64,000 nt of DNA from Sedimentisphaerales bacterium (GTDB taxonomy: Bacteria > Planctomycetota > Phycisphaerae > Sedimentisphaerales > SM23-30), in NCBI GenBank assembly GCA_963663965.2, contig CAXXFK010000033.1, positions 192,001 through 256,000 of the forward strand. Direction: 5' to 3'. Every line of letters begins with the position of its first letter. Position 1 is the stretch's first letter. Shown here in pieces: positions 31,757 through 41,722 of the stretch. Under the pieces are notes generated by a model. The model ran no database searches. It was not told the DNA's origin and saw only the letters and a list, made by a program, of their open reading frames with translations. A program made the translations under genes and the position numbers.

Positions 31757-31794
31757 GAACTTAAACGTCTTGAATGACTGTTTTTAATAGTAAC

Positions 31795-31951
31795 TGGAAG
31801 AAACATTCCCGAGAGAGGGAGATGGATTTTCCCACTCGCGGACATCCTGGCGGATGAAATACCCAATGTCATGATGCTCCTTTTTGACTGGCGGGGTCTG
31901 GTGGCGGCCCGGGCAGTAAGCTGCCTTGGTTACCATCAGACCGCTTTTTTT
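31795..31951 (+). ncRNA. candidate structured small RNA (unit 2)
   Basis: Five GGA motifs, an anti-SD segment, and a ~22-bp hairpin (31895-31942) followed by T7. Confidence 0.35.
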
Positions 31952-32126
31952 AAGTAATTACAATTATTGATAGTAGAATATTCGACACTAAAAATATCTT
32001 ATTTATGAATTGCGTTCTCCAATAGCTTTATTGGGATAAGAATATAAATTTTGGATACATTTGGAGTGTTGACACCCATGCCGGCTTTATGGCCTAAGGC
32101 TGGCTGGTTGTTGGCATCAATAACAT

Positions 32127-32168
32127 AGAGGGCCTGCTGCGTTCTGCGTGAACCAGGGGTCCTTTTTT
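32127..32168 (+). terminator. terminator-like hairpin (unit 3)
   Basis: Imperfect stem with G-U pairs on the + strand followed by T6. Confidence 0.45.
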
Positions 32169-32321
32169 ATTTTTATCCGAGAACATTTTATAAGACTGTT
32201 GGTGGGTATGACAGTAGCATGTCGGGCAGTTTAGGGAGAAAGACAATGTTTAACCCCAAGTGGATTAACGTGGGAAATCCTCAAAGTGGGGGCAGTTGGT
32301 TTTCAATTTGCATACACTGCA

Positions 32322-33920
32322 CTATTGAGGCTGCTTATCTGGTTGTTGGAATTCGCTATTTCCACCAGATAACTGTGGGGGAGAATTGGCATCAAGGGGG
32401 CCGGGATTGATGGGTTGATCTGTGGTGGTAGGTCTGGCCAGCGGTATTATCGTATTGGCTTTCGAACCCGATTGAACGGTTTCGTTAGCAGTGGGAACGG
32501 TATGGAATAGAGGAGGTAATTTTATTGCTTTGATGAGCAATTCAACTGCAATCAGGCTGGTTTTTTGAGATTCAGCTTCTAATTGAAAGTGATCCTTTGC
32601 GAGCGCTTGTGGTTTATCACATTCCAATCTTACGGGATTTTCTTTCATGCGAGCCCAGGAGGCTGAATTGAGGTCAAACCTAACAGGAGAGTTAGAATCA
32701 TAGGTCGGCAAAGCTATGTCATTACTATTTTTATTTAATGTTACTCTATCAGACGTGGCCGCCCCAAGATTATCCGCAGTATTAAGTGAGATTTCTGGAA
32801 TGTCAACTGGGTCGTTTTTCAAATCAGTCTGTTCAGAGAAATAGTTTTCCTTGAGGTGATCCAGCTGAGATGTTTCAGAGGTATTAGTAGTTAAATCATT
32901 CCCGGGAAAAATTGTCGGCAATGAAGGGCTGCTCGTCAGCATCGAGTACCATAAGTTGTTGATGTTAAATTTATTGTCGATAACGGCTATACGCTCGTTT
33001 GGTAACATCCGTAAAATTCTGGCTGCCTGAACATCTCGATTCGCTTCGGTTGCAAGATTGAACGCTTCTTCATTAGAAGGTTCTGAGAGGATAATATCCC
33101 GGTTATTTTCCTCATCCTGTAATACAATTTGCATTGAGGTATTGTCAAGTTGGCTGAGTTCGCCAAATAAGTTTTTAAACTGGTGGTCTGTACACATGAA
33201 AGCGAACTGTGGATTTGTTGGATCTTTAATATTGCTGACTACGTGATTTATCTGGTTGTCATAAATCAGTTTTTGTACTTCAAGTCCGGGTTGTTGGGGA
33301 GGGCTGTAAGTTATAACTAGCTTGATTGTGCCATATGATAACTCGGAATCAGTATTTGGGATTAATAAATCAGCCATTTTGTTAACGGGAGCCGATACTT
33401 CCGGTGTGAAGCTTGAATTTAAGGATGATGAATCGGGTTTGATACCAAATGACCTGAATTTGTGTTCTTCCTTCTTTGTTGAATCAGTGGATTCATCAGG
33501 GTAATCATCCAGCATGACTATCGGTTCATTTTCAACCGTGAGAGATTGCTTTAAGGATCGGTTATCATGTAAAACATTATACACGATCATGACAATTGCT
33601 CCCGCCAGAATCAGCATGGCAGCCGTTTCCAGCCAGCGTCTCCAACGTAAATGTTTATGGCCTGCCGCTTCGGAAAATCCGGAATGCCCTTGTAATAAGA
33701 TATCTCGTTCGAGATCATATAAAACTGACTCTGCCAATTCGACAGGGGCTTTCAGGCGAGGTAAATCCGATAGAACCTGGCGTACCTGGTTCAGGTCCGA
33801 TAGAGTTTGACGAATCTGCTCATCTTTCTCGAGAAGACTTTCAACTTTTTGCCGTCTGGAATCCGGCAATTCATCATCCAGATATGCGTTCAGAAGATGG
33901 TTAATTTCATTTGTATTCAT
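32322..33920 (-). CDS. transmembrane anti-sigma factor
   Basis: LLNAYLDDELP N-terminus and one TM helix; lies 14 nt downstream of the ECF sigma gene. Confidence 0.8.
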   Translation of the reverse strand: MNTNEINHLLNAYLDDELPDSRRQKVESLLEKDEQIRQTLSDLNQVRQVLSDLPRLKAPVELAESVLYDLERDILLQGHSGFSEAAGHKHLRWRRWLETAAMLILAGAIVMIVYNVLHDNRSLKQSLTVENEPIVMLDDYPDESTDSTKKEEHKFRSFGIKPDSSSLNSSFTPEVSAPVNKMADLLIPNTDSELSYGTIKLVITYSPPQQPGLEVQKLIYDNQINHVVSNIKDPTNPQFAFMCTDHQFKNLFGELSQLDNTSMQIVLQDEENNRDIILSEPSNEEAFNLATEANRDVQAARILRMLPNERIAVIDNKFNINNLWYSMLTSSPSLPTIFPGNDLTTNTSETSQLDHLKENYFSEQTDLKNDPVDIPEISLNTADNLGAATSDRVTLNKNSNDIALPTYDSNSPVRFDLNSASWARMKENPVRLECDKPQALAKDHFQLEAESQKTSLIAVELLIKAIKLPPLFHTVPTANETVQSGSKANTIIPLARPTTTDQPINPGPLDANSPPQLSGGNSEFQQPDKQPQ

Positions 33921-33934
33921 ATAATTAATACTAA

Positions 33935-34591
33935 TTACTTATGGTTCAGATAGTTCCGAAGGGTCATCCGTGCCCTGAACAGCCTGCTTTTGATTGTGCC
34001 TACGGGTTGTTCCAGGATGCGAGCAATCTGATTATAGCTTAAATCTTCAATATCGCGCATGATGACCACGGCGCGATGGTCTTCATCCAGTTTATCTAAT
34101 GCTTCAAGCGCGCGCGCATGTTCTTCTTTCAATTCGGCCTGTCGTTCCGGGCCGCGATTATTACTCGATTCCATCATATCCAGCAAAGTTTGAGCCTGAT
34201 TATTCTGGGCATGAGGTTCATCTAAAGAAGCAAAATGTACTTTTCCGGCTCGACGACGATGGCTCAGGCATAAATTTATCCCAATCCGAAACAGCCAGGT
34301 GTAAAAGCCGGCATTGCCCCGGAACCGACCTATGTTTTTCAAGGCTCTAAAAAACGCTTCCTGAGTAAGTTCCAAAGCATCATCATAGTGCCCGGTCATT
34401 CGGTAGATTGCGTTAAATAAACGGTCCTGATATAAATCGATCAACTGGCCATAAGCCACCATGTTGCCTTTTCGGCACCGAGCTAATATTGCCTCTTCAT
34501 CAATCGATTTTACCTTGTGGCCTGTCATATAACTTTGACTCACCGGGCCCGACGAGGTTCCATCGAAAATGCCTGTTTTATTGTTTTCCAT
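33935..34591 (-). CDS. ECF sigma-70 factor (RpoE/SigW-like)
   Basis: LTQEAFFRA, FYTWLFRIG, LSYNQIARIL..PVGTIKSRLFRAR. Start uncertain (34639/34591/34528). Confidence 0.93.
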   Translation of the reverse strand: MENNKTGIFDGTSSGPVSQSYMTGHKVKSIDEEAILARCRKGNMVAYGQLIDLYQDRLFNAIYRMTGHYDDALELTQEAFFRALKNIGRFRGNAGFYTWLFRIGINLCLSHRRRAGKVHFASLDEPHAQNNQAQTLLDMMESSNNRGPERQAELKEEHARALEALDKLDEDHRAVVIMRDIEDLSYNQIARILEQPVGTIKSRLFRARMTLRNYLNHK

Positions 34592-34701
34592 GCCTGCCTT
34601 GAAGATAAATATTAAAAACCGGCCGGGGAATCCAGGCAAAGCATCCGTGCCAGTTTGATGTTTCTGATTAAAAAGAAAACAGTCTATCCATTTACGGTAA
34701 C

Positions 34702-34723
34702 TTGACTGTTATATAACAGTCAA
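34702..34723. promoter_or_regulatory. perfect 22-bp palindrome, putative operator
   Basis: TTGACTGTTATATAACAGTCAA, upstream of the ECF sigma gene. Confidence 0.6.
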
Positions 34724-35140
34724 ATTATCTGGACTATAATATCATGTCAGAAACACAAGTGAATGTCAAGGGCAGACCAGCAATTTACTTGGTTCAACAG
34801 GGGAAAGCGCTTCATTTTCAGGTAGTCGTTTGAGCTGTTAATTTATTTGATTATCAATGCCTTATATCTTTATTTTACTCGAAATATTATGTTTATGAAT
34901 TCATAAAAGTGGTAAGTATTTTAATATTTTGTTAATAAGGCTGGTATGATTATTATAATTGTAACAATCATTAAAATCGGAGTAATTGGTAAAAACCAGA
35001 GAGGTAGAACAATAAGCAGGGATTTTTCCGGGAAGGCCAGATAACTAACGAGAAATAAGAATGTTATCGAAATACAATCCACTCAGGATGATATTTTGAA
35101 ATGGCAGGAAATATGATCCGTGCAGGGCTTGATATTGGAA

Positions 35141-36730
35141 TTAAATGGGATTGGCGACTGCGGTGTTTTCGGTTTGGTAAATAATGCAATTGCGACCATT
35201 GGCTTTGGCCTGATAGAGCAATTCATCGGCCTGAGAAAAGATCAAAGTGTTGGACTGGCCTGCCCATGTTTGAATCCCGGCGCTGATACTAATTGGGATA
35301 TGGGTGTCCCGGAATTCCATCTTTTGAATATTGCGACGAATGATATCCAGGGTTCCATAAGCCTGGTAGGCATCCTGATCGGGGAGAATGATAATAAATT
35401 CATCACCGCCATAGCGGCCCAGGAGATCCGAATCATGCAGTCCGGTAAGTAAGATGGCCCCAACAGCTAAGATAATTTTATCACCGATGGAATGGCCACA
35501 GGTATCGTTGATTGTTTTAAAATTATCGATATCAATGATTGCCAGAGAAAAGATGGCGTTTTCCTGGCGACATCTGACGATTTCTGATTTTAGCCGGTCG
35601 ATCATATATCTCTGGTTATAAATGCCGGTCATACCATCCGTAACGGCCGCCAGTTCCAGCAGATTATTTTTCTGATTTAGTTCATCCATTAACTGGTTAT
35701 ATTGCCTGGTAAGAATTCCGATCTGGTCATTTCGATTATTATTCTGGAAGGTGTTCAGGGTGCCCGATTTAATAATTGATTTTATATGCTGCGAAAGATT
35801 GTCAATGGGCTTAATGATCGTACGGTTGATGAATGATCGTAGAATAATCAGCATGATAATAAATAATAACACCAGGAATAGAATGACCATACCGATGGTA
35901 TTGCGTCCTTTTTGGATAATGCCGGCCGATTGTTTGATAGACACTTTAAAAAGCGGATAATCCGCGTAATCACAGATAAGCGCTGAGGCAACCAGATTGC
36001 TTTCAGGATCTAGGCGAATAAGATATTTGTCTTCTTTTTTTAATTTTAGCGGATAATGAGTCAGGCAAGGCAGGATTTTGAAATCCAGGTGTGTAATCTG
36101 GCTAAGCGCGTCGATGAGTGATTTATCCAAAAATCTACCGAATATCAAGGTTCCTCGACAGGGTCCCTCGCCTTCACTGGTAATGACCGGCCGGCAGGCA
36201 AATAAGGTGTAATAGCCATTAATTAATCTTATTCCAGAATGCCAGGATTCTGAGAGGCCATTTTGTTCGATATCCCTGTCGACAATCAGCATGTGATGGT
36301 CAGGTGGAAATTTTTCGGATGGGATTTCTGTTATGAGATACTCCGCCGGTTCTTCTAAATCCGGGTCGAAAAGATAGGCCTTGTGCCAGAGAACCGTTCC
36401 GTCTGGTTTAACCAGATAGCAAAAATTCAATTGGCATCCTTGAAATGTGGCAACTCCAAAATTCGATTCAATATAATCAGGGTCGGCTGAATCCATGTAA
36501 TTGTAAGTATCGTCCCATCTGGCATAATCGTTACAGGTCATGTTGAGGGTTTCGATTTCGCGATTCAAGGCATCTTCGATCCGTTGCAGGTTTGTCCGGG
36601 CGGCATCGAATTCCAGATTGGTAAAGGAAGGCATAACGACCCGATCAGTTACCAACCATGCCCCCATAGCGCATAAGATTAATATAAATCCCATGGTCAG
36701 GCTGATTTTAGATTTCAGGTCTGATAACAT
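35141..36730 (-). CDS. diguanylate cyclase (CHASE4-HAMP-GGDEF)
   Basis: DYARWDDTY (CHASE4), two TM helices, HAMP, DIDNFKTINDTCGH and RYGGDEF. Confidence 0.92.
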   Translation of the reverse strand: MLSDLKSKISLTMGFILILCAMGAWLVTDRVVMPSFTNLEFDAARTNLQRIEDALNREIETLNMTCNDYARWDDTYNYMDSADPDYIESNFGVATFQGCQLNFCYLVKPDGTVLWHKAYLFDPDLEEPAEYLITEIPSEKFPPDHHMLIVDRDIEQNGLSESWHSGIRLINGYYTLFACRPVITSEGEGPCRGTLIFGRFLDKSLIDALSQITHLDFKILPCLTHYPLKLKKEDKYLIRLDPESNLVASALICDYADYPLFKVSIKQSAGIIQKGRNTIGMVILFLVLLFIIMLIILRSFINRTIIKPIDNLSQHIKSIIKSGTLNTFQNNNRNDQIGILTRQYNQLMDELNQKNNLLELAAVTDGMTGIYNQRYMIDRLKSEIVRCRQENAIFSLAIIDIDNFKTINDTCGHSIGDKIILAVGAILLTGLHDSDLLGRYGGDEFIIILPDQDAYQAYGTLDIIRRNIQKMEFRDTHIPISISAGIQTWAGQSNTLIFSQADELLYQAKANGRNCIIYQTENTAVANPI

Positions 36731-36862
36731 CTCTCTCGATTACATCCATATTGTCATACTCAGGTGGCTGTTGGAACCTGCTACAAAGGTATGTTTCCAA
36801 TAAGTAATCGGCTGGATATCAGGCCGGATTCATTGAATTACAGTTAAAGCTGCCGGATTTCT

Positions 36863-39571
36863 TTATGGCAATATACTTTGAATAAAGGACAAGGCGCTCT
36901 GCAAGGCCTGGTCAGTTTTGGAGGCATCTTTGCCGCCGGCCTGGGCCATTTGTGGGCGGCCCCCGCCGCCGCCACCGACGATGGGGGCGATTTGTTTGAC
37001 AATATCACCGGCCTTGACGCCTTTTTTGATCAGGTCGTCCGTTACGGCGGCCAGCAGGGAGACTTTGTTTTCTTCGCCGATAATGGCCAGTACGGTGGCG
37101 GAACTGGGTTTGATTTTTTTGATACGGTCCATCTGCTGGCGGACCGCTTCGGGATCGGCGTTGTCGAATTTGCCGATGACGATGGCGCTGTCGCCGATGG
37201 TGGCGGCGGAGTCGAGCAGGGCGTCGACGGCGGATTTCAGGTCGCCGGCGCTGCCTTGTTTGAGTTGTTTTTTGAGTTTTTTGTTTTCGTCGATCAGGGC
37301 AGTGACGCGGGTAACGATCTGGTCGGGGGCGGCTTTGAGCAGGGCGGATAATTCATCGATACCGGCGGAACGTTCGGAATAATAGTCATTTAAAGCCCGT
37401 CCGGTCATGGCAGTGATCCGGCGAACGCCGGTGGCGATGCTCTCTTCGCGTACAATTTTAAAAGAGGCGATCTGGCCGGTGTTATTGACGTGGGTTCCGC
37501 CGCAGAATTCGCGGCTGAAGGCTTTTTCCAGCCGGTCGGGCGATTCGGCGCCGATGGCCAGGACGCGGACGTGATCGCCGTATTTTTCGGAAAACAGCGC
37601 CATGGCTCCCAGTTGACGGGCGTCGTCGATGGGCATGACCTTAAAGGTAACCGGCATGTCCAGATAAATTTGTTCGAGTACTTTCTGTTCGATCTGGTGG
37701 ATTTCATCGCGGGTCAGGGCTTTGGGATGAGTAAAATCGAACCTGAGATAATCCGCACAGACCAGGGATCCTTCCTGATGGACATGGTCGCCCAGGACTT
37801 CTCTCAATGCCCATTGGAGCAGATGGGTGGCGGTGTGGTTTTTGCGGGTGGCTTCGCGAGCCGGGTCGATGGTGATGATGACCTGGTCGTTGACAGACAG
37901 ATTCCCTTTTTGGAGAGTACCGAAATGGACCGTCGCGCGGCCGACATGGCGGGTATCGTCGAAATTAAAGACGGCATCGCCACTGGTAATGGCTCCCTGG
38001 TCACCTACCTGGCCGCCTGATTCGGCGTAGGCGCAGGTTTTGTCCAGAACCAGGCCGATGGTGGTGTCCGATGGAATCGAACCTGAACTTAAATATTGAT
38101 CATCCTGGACCCAACCGAGGATTTTGGCGGTCAGGTGTGTAGTGTGGTATTTATCTATATCGTGGGTCTGGGGGAGTTGATCGGCCAGGGCATCGCCGAC
38201 ATAGACCACGTTTTTGCGGGCTGATCGGGCCAGTTCGCGTTGTTTTGCCATCAGCTGGTCGAAAACCGGGACATCAACTGTCAGGCCTTTTTCCTGGGCC
38301 AGCAGTTGGGTCAGGTCCAGCGGAAATCCGTAGGTATCATACAGGCGAAACGCCTTGTCGCCGGGCAGTACGGATGATCCTGCCTGGAGAACTTCGGCGG
38401 CATCGGCGGCGAAAATTTCCATACCACGGCTGAGGGTACGGGCGAAGCTGGTTTCTTCGGCTTCTATTACCGTGGCAACGTGTTCGGCGCGCTGTTTGAT
38501 CTCGGGAAAACTATCACCCATGACGCCAACTACCGTTGGTACCAGCTTATACAGGAATGGTTGGTTGAGATCCAGCAGGAGTCCGAAGCGGGCGGCGCGC
38601 CGGAGGATACGACGGAGAATGTAGCCCCGACCGTCATTGCTGGGCAGGGCGCCATCGGTAATGGAAAAGGTCAGGGTTCGAATATGGTCTGCAATGACCC
38701 GAAAGGCATTGTCGGTGTCGTTGCCCAGATGGCTGGTATATTGTTTGCCGCTGAGTTTTTCAACGGCGTGGATAATGGGCATGAACAGGTCGGTGTCGTA
38801 GTTGCTTTTCTTTTTCTGCAGGACCGACACGATTCGTTCGAGACCGGCGCCGGTATCGACATGGCAGGCGGGTAGTTTATGGAGTTTGGCGGTTTCGTCG
38901 CGGTTGTATTGCATGAAGACCAGGTTCCATAGCTCGATGAAGCGGGCGCAATCGCCATTGACCCGGCAGGTGTGGCCGGGTGCGCCCTGTTTGTCGCAAC
39001 GATCGGGGCCCAAGTCGATATGGATTTCGCTACAGGGTCCGCAGGGGCCGACATCGCCCATTTCCCAGAAGTTATCCTTTTTGCCGCAACGGAGGACATG
39101 GTCCGGGTTTATATCGGTGCGGGTTTTCCAGAGTTGTTCCGCTTCTTCGTCGGCGGGGAGGTTATCGCCGGCGTCGCCGCCGAAAACGGTGGCCCATAGA
39201 ACGGCCTTATCCAGTTGGTAGACCTGGGTTAACAGTTCCCAGGCCCATTTAATGGCTTCCTTTTTGAAATAGTCGCCGAAGGACCAGTTGCCCAGCATTT
39301 CGAAGAAGGTGTGGTGGTAGGTATCACGGCCGACTTCTTCGAGGTCGTTGTGTTTGCCGCTGACCCGGATACACTTCTGGCTGTTGGCGGCACGGGTATA
39401 GTCGGCTTTGCGAGCGCCGAGGAACAGGTCTTTGAACTGGTTCATACCGGCGTTAGTGAACATGAGGGTGGGATCGTCCAGCGGAACGACGGAACTGCTG
39501 GGGACGAAGGTGTGGTTTTTGCCGATGAAGAAGTCGATAAAGCTCTTGCGAATTTCCTGGGAAGTCAGCAC
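36863..39571 (-). CDS. alaS: alanine--tRNA ligase
   Basis: FTNAGMNQFK, HHTFFEMLGNWSFGDYFK, NHTATHLL, EFCGGTH, GGGGGRPQMAQAGG. Confidence 0.99.
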   Translation of the reverse strand: MLTSQEIRKSFIDFFIGKNHTFVPSSSVVPLDDPTLMFTNAGMNQFKDLFLGARKADYTRAANSQKCIRVSGKHNDLEEVGRDTYHHTFFEMLGNWSFGDYFKKEAIKWAWELLTQVYQLDKAVLWATVFGGDAGDNLPADEEAEQLWKTRTDINPDHVLRCGKKDNFWEMGDVGPCGPCSEIHIDLGPDRCDKQGAPGHTCRVNGDCARFIELWNLVFMQYNRDETAKLHKLPACHVDTGAGLERIVSVLQKKKSNYDTDLFMPIIHAVEKLSGKQYTSHLGNDTDNAFRVIADHIRTLTFSITDGALPSNDGRGYILRRILRRAARFGLLLDLNQPFLYKLVPTVVGVMGDSFPEIKQRAEHVATVIEAEETSFARTLSRGMEIFAADAAEVLQAGSSVLPGDKAFRLYDTYGFPLDLTQLLAQEKGLTVDVPVFDQLMAKQRELARSARKNVVYVGDALADQLPQTHDIDKYHTTHLTAKILGWVQDDQYLSSGSIPSDTTIGLVLDKTCAYAESGGQVGDQGAITSGDAVFNFDDTRHVGRATVHFGTLQKGNLSVNDQVIITIDPAREATRKNHTATHLLQWALREVLGDHVHQEGSLVCADYLRFDFTHPKALTRDEIHQIEQKVLEQIYLDMPVTFKVMPIDDARQLGAMALFSEKYGDHVRVLAIGAESPDRLEKAFSREFCGGTHVNNTGQIASFKIVREESIATGVRRITAMTGRALNDYYSERSAGIDELSALLKAAPDQIVTRVTALIDENKKLKKQLKQGSAGDLKSAVDALLDSAATIGDSAIVIGKFDNADPEAVRQQMDRIKKIKPSSATVLAIIGEENKVSLLAAVTDDLIKKGVKAGDIVKQIAPIVGGGGGGRPQMAQAGGKDASKTDQALQSALSFIQSILP

Positions 39572-39878
39572 GTTTTGATTCCTTAATTTACTTATTATTA
39601 ACAGGTTATCTTTTGCCTGAGCTGAGGGGGGGGTTGCCCGTCAGCATGATAGATAGAATGGAATACTATATCATAATCGGGTTAATTCGCCAACAGGTTA
39701 AATTATGGGATTGAGTGAAAGCCGAGAACAAGAGGTTGATTTACGGGTATAGTTTGGGGAGTCGTAAACCCAGAGAATATGAGAGCCTGTCAATTAAGGG
39801 GCGCAACATGGCTGGGTGGATTGAGTTTTCTGTTCAATCCATGGGTGTTATGCACTGGTTGTAGTGATCGGGGCTACC

Positions 39879-40718
39879 TTATTTCTTAACCTCCTGGATG
39901 GGGATGTCGGCGGGTGGTTTAGTAGGGATGCCGAGGGCGTGGAGGGCTTCTTCGCCGTTCTGGTTGGCGAAATCGTTGAGGGCCTCGTAGCGGTTGCAGG
40001 CGTAACTGAAGACCTGGTCGTCAGTTACGCTGTGGTCTTTCATCAATTCGGGCAGGCGGTCTTTGATGTATTCGGGGGCCAATTTGGCTTCGCTGGGGTG
40101 CGTGGGGATTCTGAGTGGGTTGGGGATGTGGACGCGGGGTAAGTCGGGAAATGGGTACTCTGGCGGGTAGGCGTTGGGTTCGTTTGGTTTTTGTTGTAAT
40201 TGCAACTGTTGCAGTAGCTTAAGATTGGCCTGGAAGGTACGGTTGAGGTGGGCTTCGTAGCGGGCCAGGCAGTTGAAGGCGGGGACTTCGAGGGTGAAGG
40301 CGGTACCGACTTCGTTGTGGCGGGGCAGGTAGATACTCGAATGGGCGAAGGGCTGGTCGATGACGGTGTCTTTGCGGATTTCTTCGTTGGTGAGGCGGAG
40401 TTGATAGACGCGGGCGTCGATCATTTCGGCTTCGATGCGGCCGAGGCGTTCGAGTCGCCAGGCGGCCGAGACGATCTGGTCGGCGATGTGGCGCTGGAGG
40501 TAGGTGGTGGGTTTGAGGTCTTGTAACAGTGCGGCTCGGAACTCGAGGTAGGTGAGTTCGGATTCGCCGGGGACGATAAGGTGGGCGGGATCCTGGCCGC
40601 TGAGGCCGTGTTTGATGGCATTTTTCGATGAGATGGCTTTACCTTCGGGGGTTTTGGGGCCGGTGGATTTCTGGGCGTTGCGACGGTTGGCGCGTAGTCT
40701 TCTTAGGGACGATGACAT
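39879..40718 (-). CDS. hypothetical protein of the ANRRNAQKSTGPKT..GK..SS.NA.KHG family
   Basis: 279 aa with strong RBS CAGGAGG; recognisable N-terminal motif plus WRLERL..IE and LARYEAHL; function unknown. Confidence 0.8.
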   Translation of the reverse strand: MSSSLRRLRANRRNAQKSTGPKTPEGKAISSKNAIKHGLSGQDPAHLIVPGESELTYLEFRAALLQDLKPTTYLQRHIADQIVSAAWRLERLGRIEAEMIDARVYQLRLTNEEIRKDTVIDQPFAHSSIYLPRHNEVGTAFTLEVPAFNCLARYEAHLNRTFQANLKLLQQLQLQQKPNEPNAYPPEYPFPDLPRVHIPNPLRIPTHPSEAKLAPEYIKDRLPELMKDHSVTDDQVFSYACNRYEALNDFANQNGEEALHALGIPTKPPADIPIQEVKK

Positions 40719-41501
40719 GGTGGTACCTCCTGTTTTATAAATTTAAAGTTTAGAATTTAAAATGCAAAATTGTGGTATCCGCCATTCGGCGGATGAGTTT
40801 TTTATTTTTCGTTAAGATCGATATATTGTTAGGGTTATGGCAATATTTTAACCCATTGGCTTTGTTTCGTTTTCTGTTGTTATTCGCTATGCTCATGGTT
40901 GTTTTATCTTTCGCCTCCGGTGCGAAACCCTGCAGGTTCGCCTCTACGAGGCGTGGCGTGGGACAAATTAAAAACAATCGTTGACCGGCGGTCTTACGAC
41001 CCTGGCTAGAAACGGTCGGCTCCTCCTGAGGCGGATCTTCGACCTTCGAGCCTTTTGCGTTTGGGTTGCCGGTTCGTGTTGTTTTTGTTGGTTTCCATTT
41101 CATTCGTAAGTTATTAACAGCCAAAATAAATTGGCTGGTTGGGTCTGGTCCGTATCAGATAGCACTGGGCCATGCATGCACCCATAAGCTTCGCTTTGCT
41201 ACGCTTGAAGTCGCCACGGTCTATGCGCAGAGGGTCTCCGCTGGCGTGGCCGGTTTGGGCGGGGCGCGCCGGGAGTTGGCGGGTGGTTTGGGGCTATTGG
41301 GGCGACTGTGGTATTATAGGTTAATGTTGCTTAAGATGCAAATAAAAATTTATATAAATTACAAAAAAAACATATTATATGTTATGTTTCTATAGACAGA
41401 TATGGTCAGGGTGGGGGTGTTCATGGTTTATTTGTATATAAGATATTAATTCATAGTTATTTACAGATTGATTTGATTATTGCGATTCGTTTTAAAAGTA
41501 T

Positions 41502-41537
41502 GAGAGTTATGGGAATTATGAGAATTATGGGAGATAG
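41502..41537 (+). repeat. tandem 9-mer repeats (GRGAnnnnT-like)
   Basis: GAGAGTTAT GGGAATTAT GAGAATTAT GGGAGATAG. Confidence 0.8.
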
Positions 41538-41722
41538 GGGATGGGAGATTGGTGATGTGGGGATTTTGTTGCTATGGGATTATTTTTAGTAATGGTGTTC
41601 TGGAATGAATATGGAAATCGATTTAATATTTTATTATATTGATTCAAACAGGATTATCAGGAGCGCCCAGAAGAAACCTAAGTAATAGCAGTAAGACTGA
41701 CTTGATATGATTTTGGATAATT

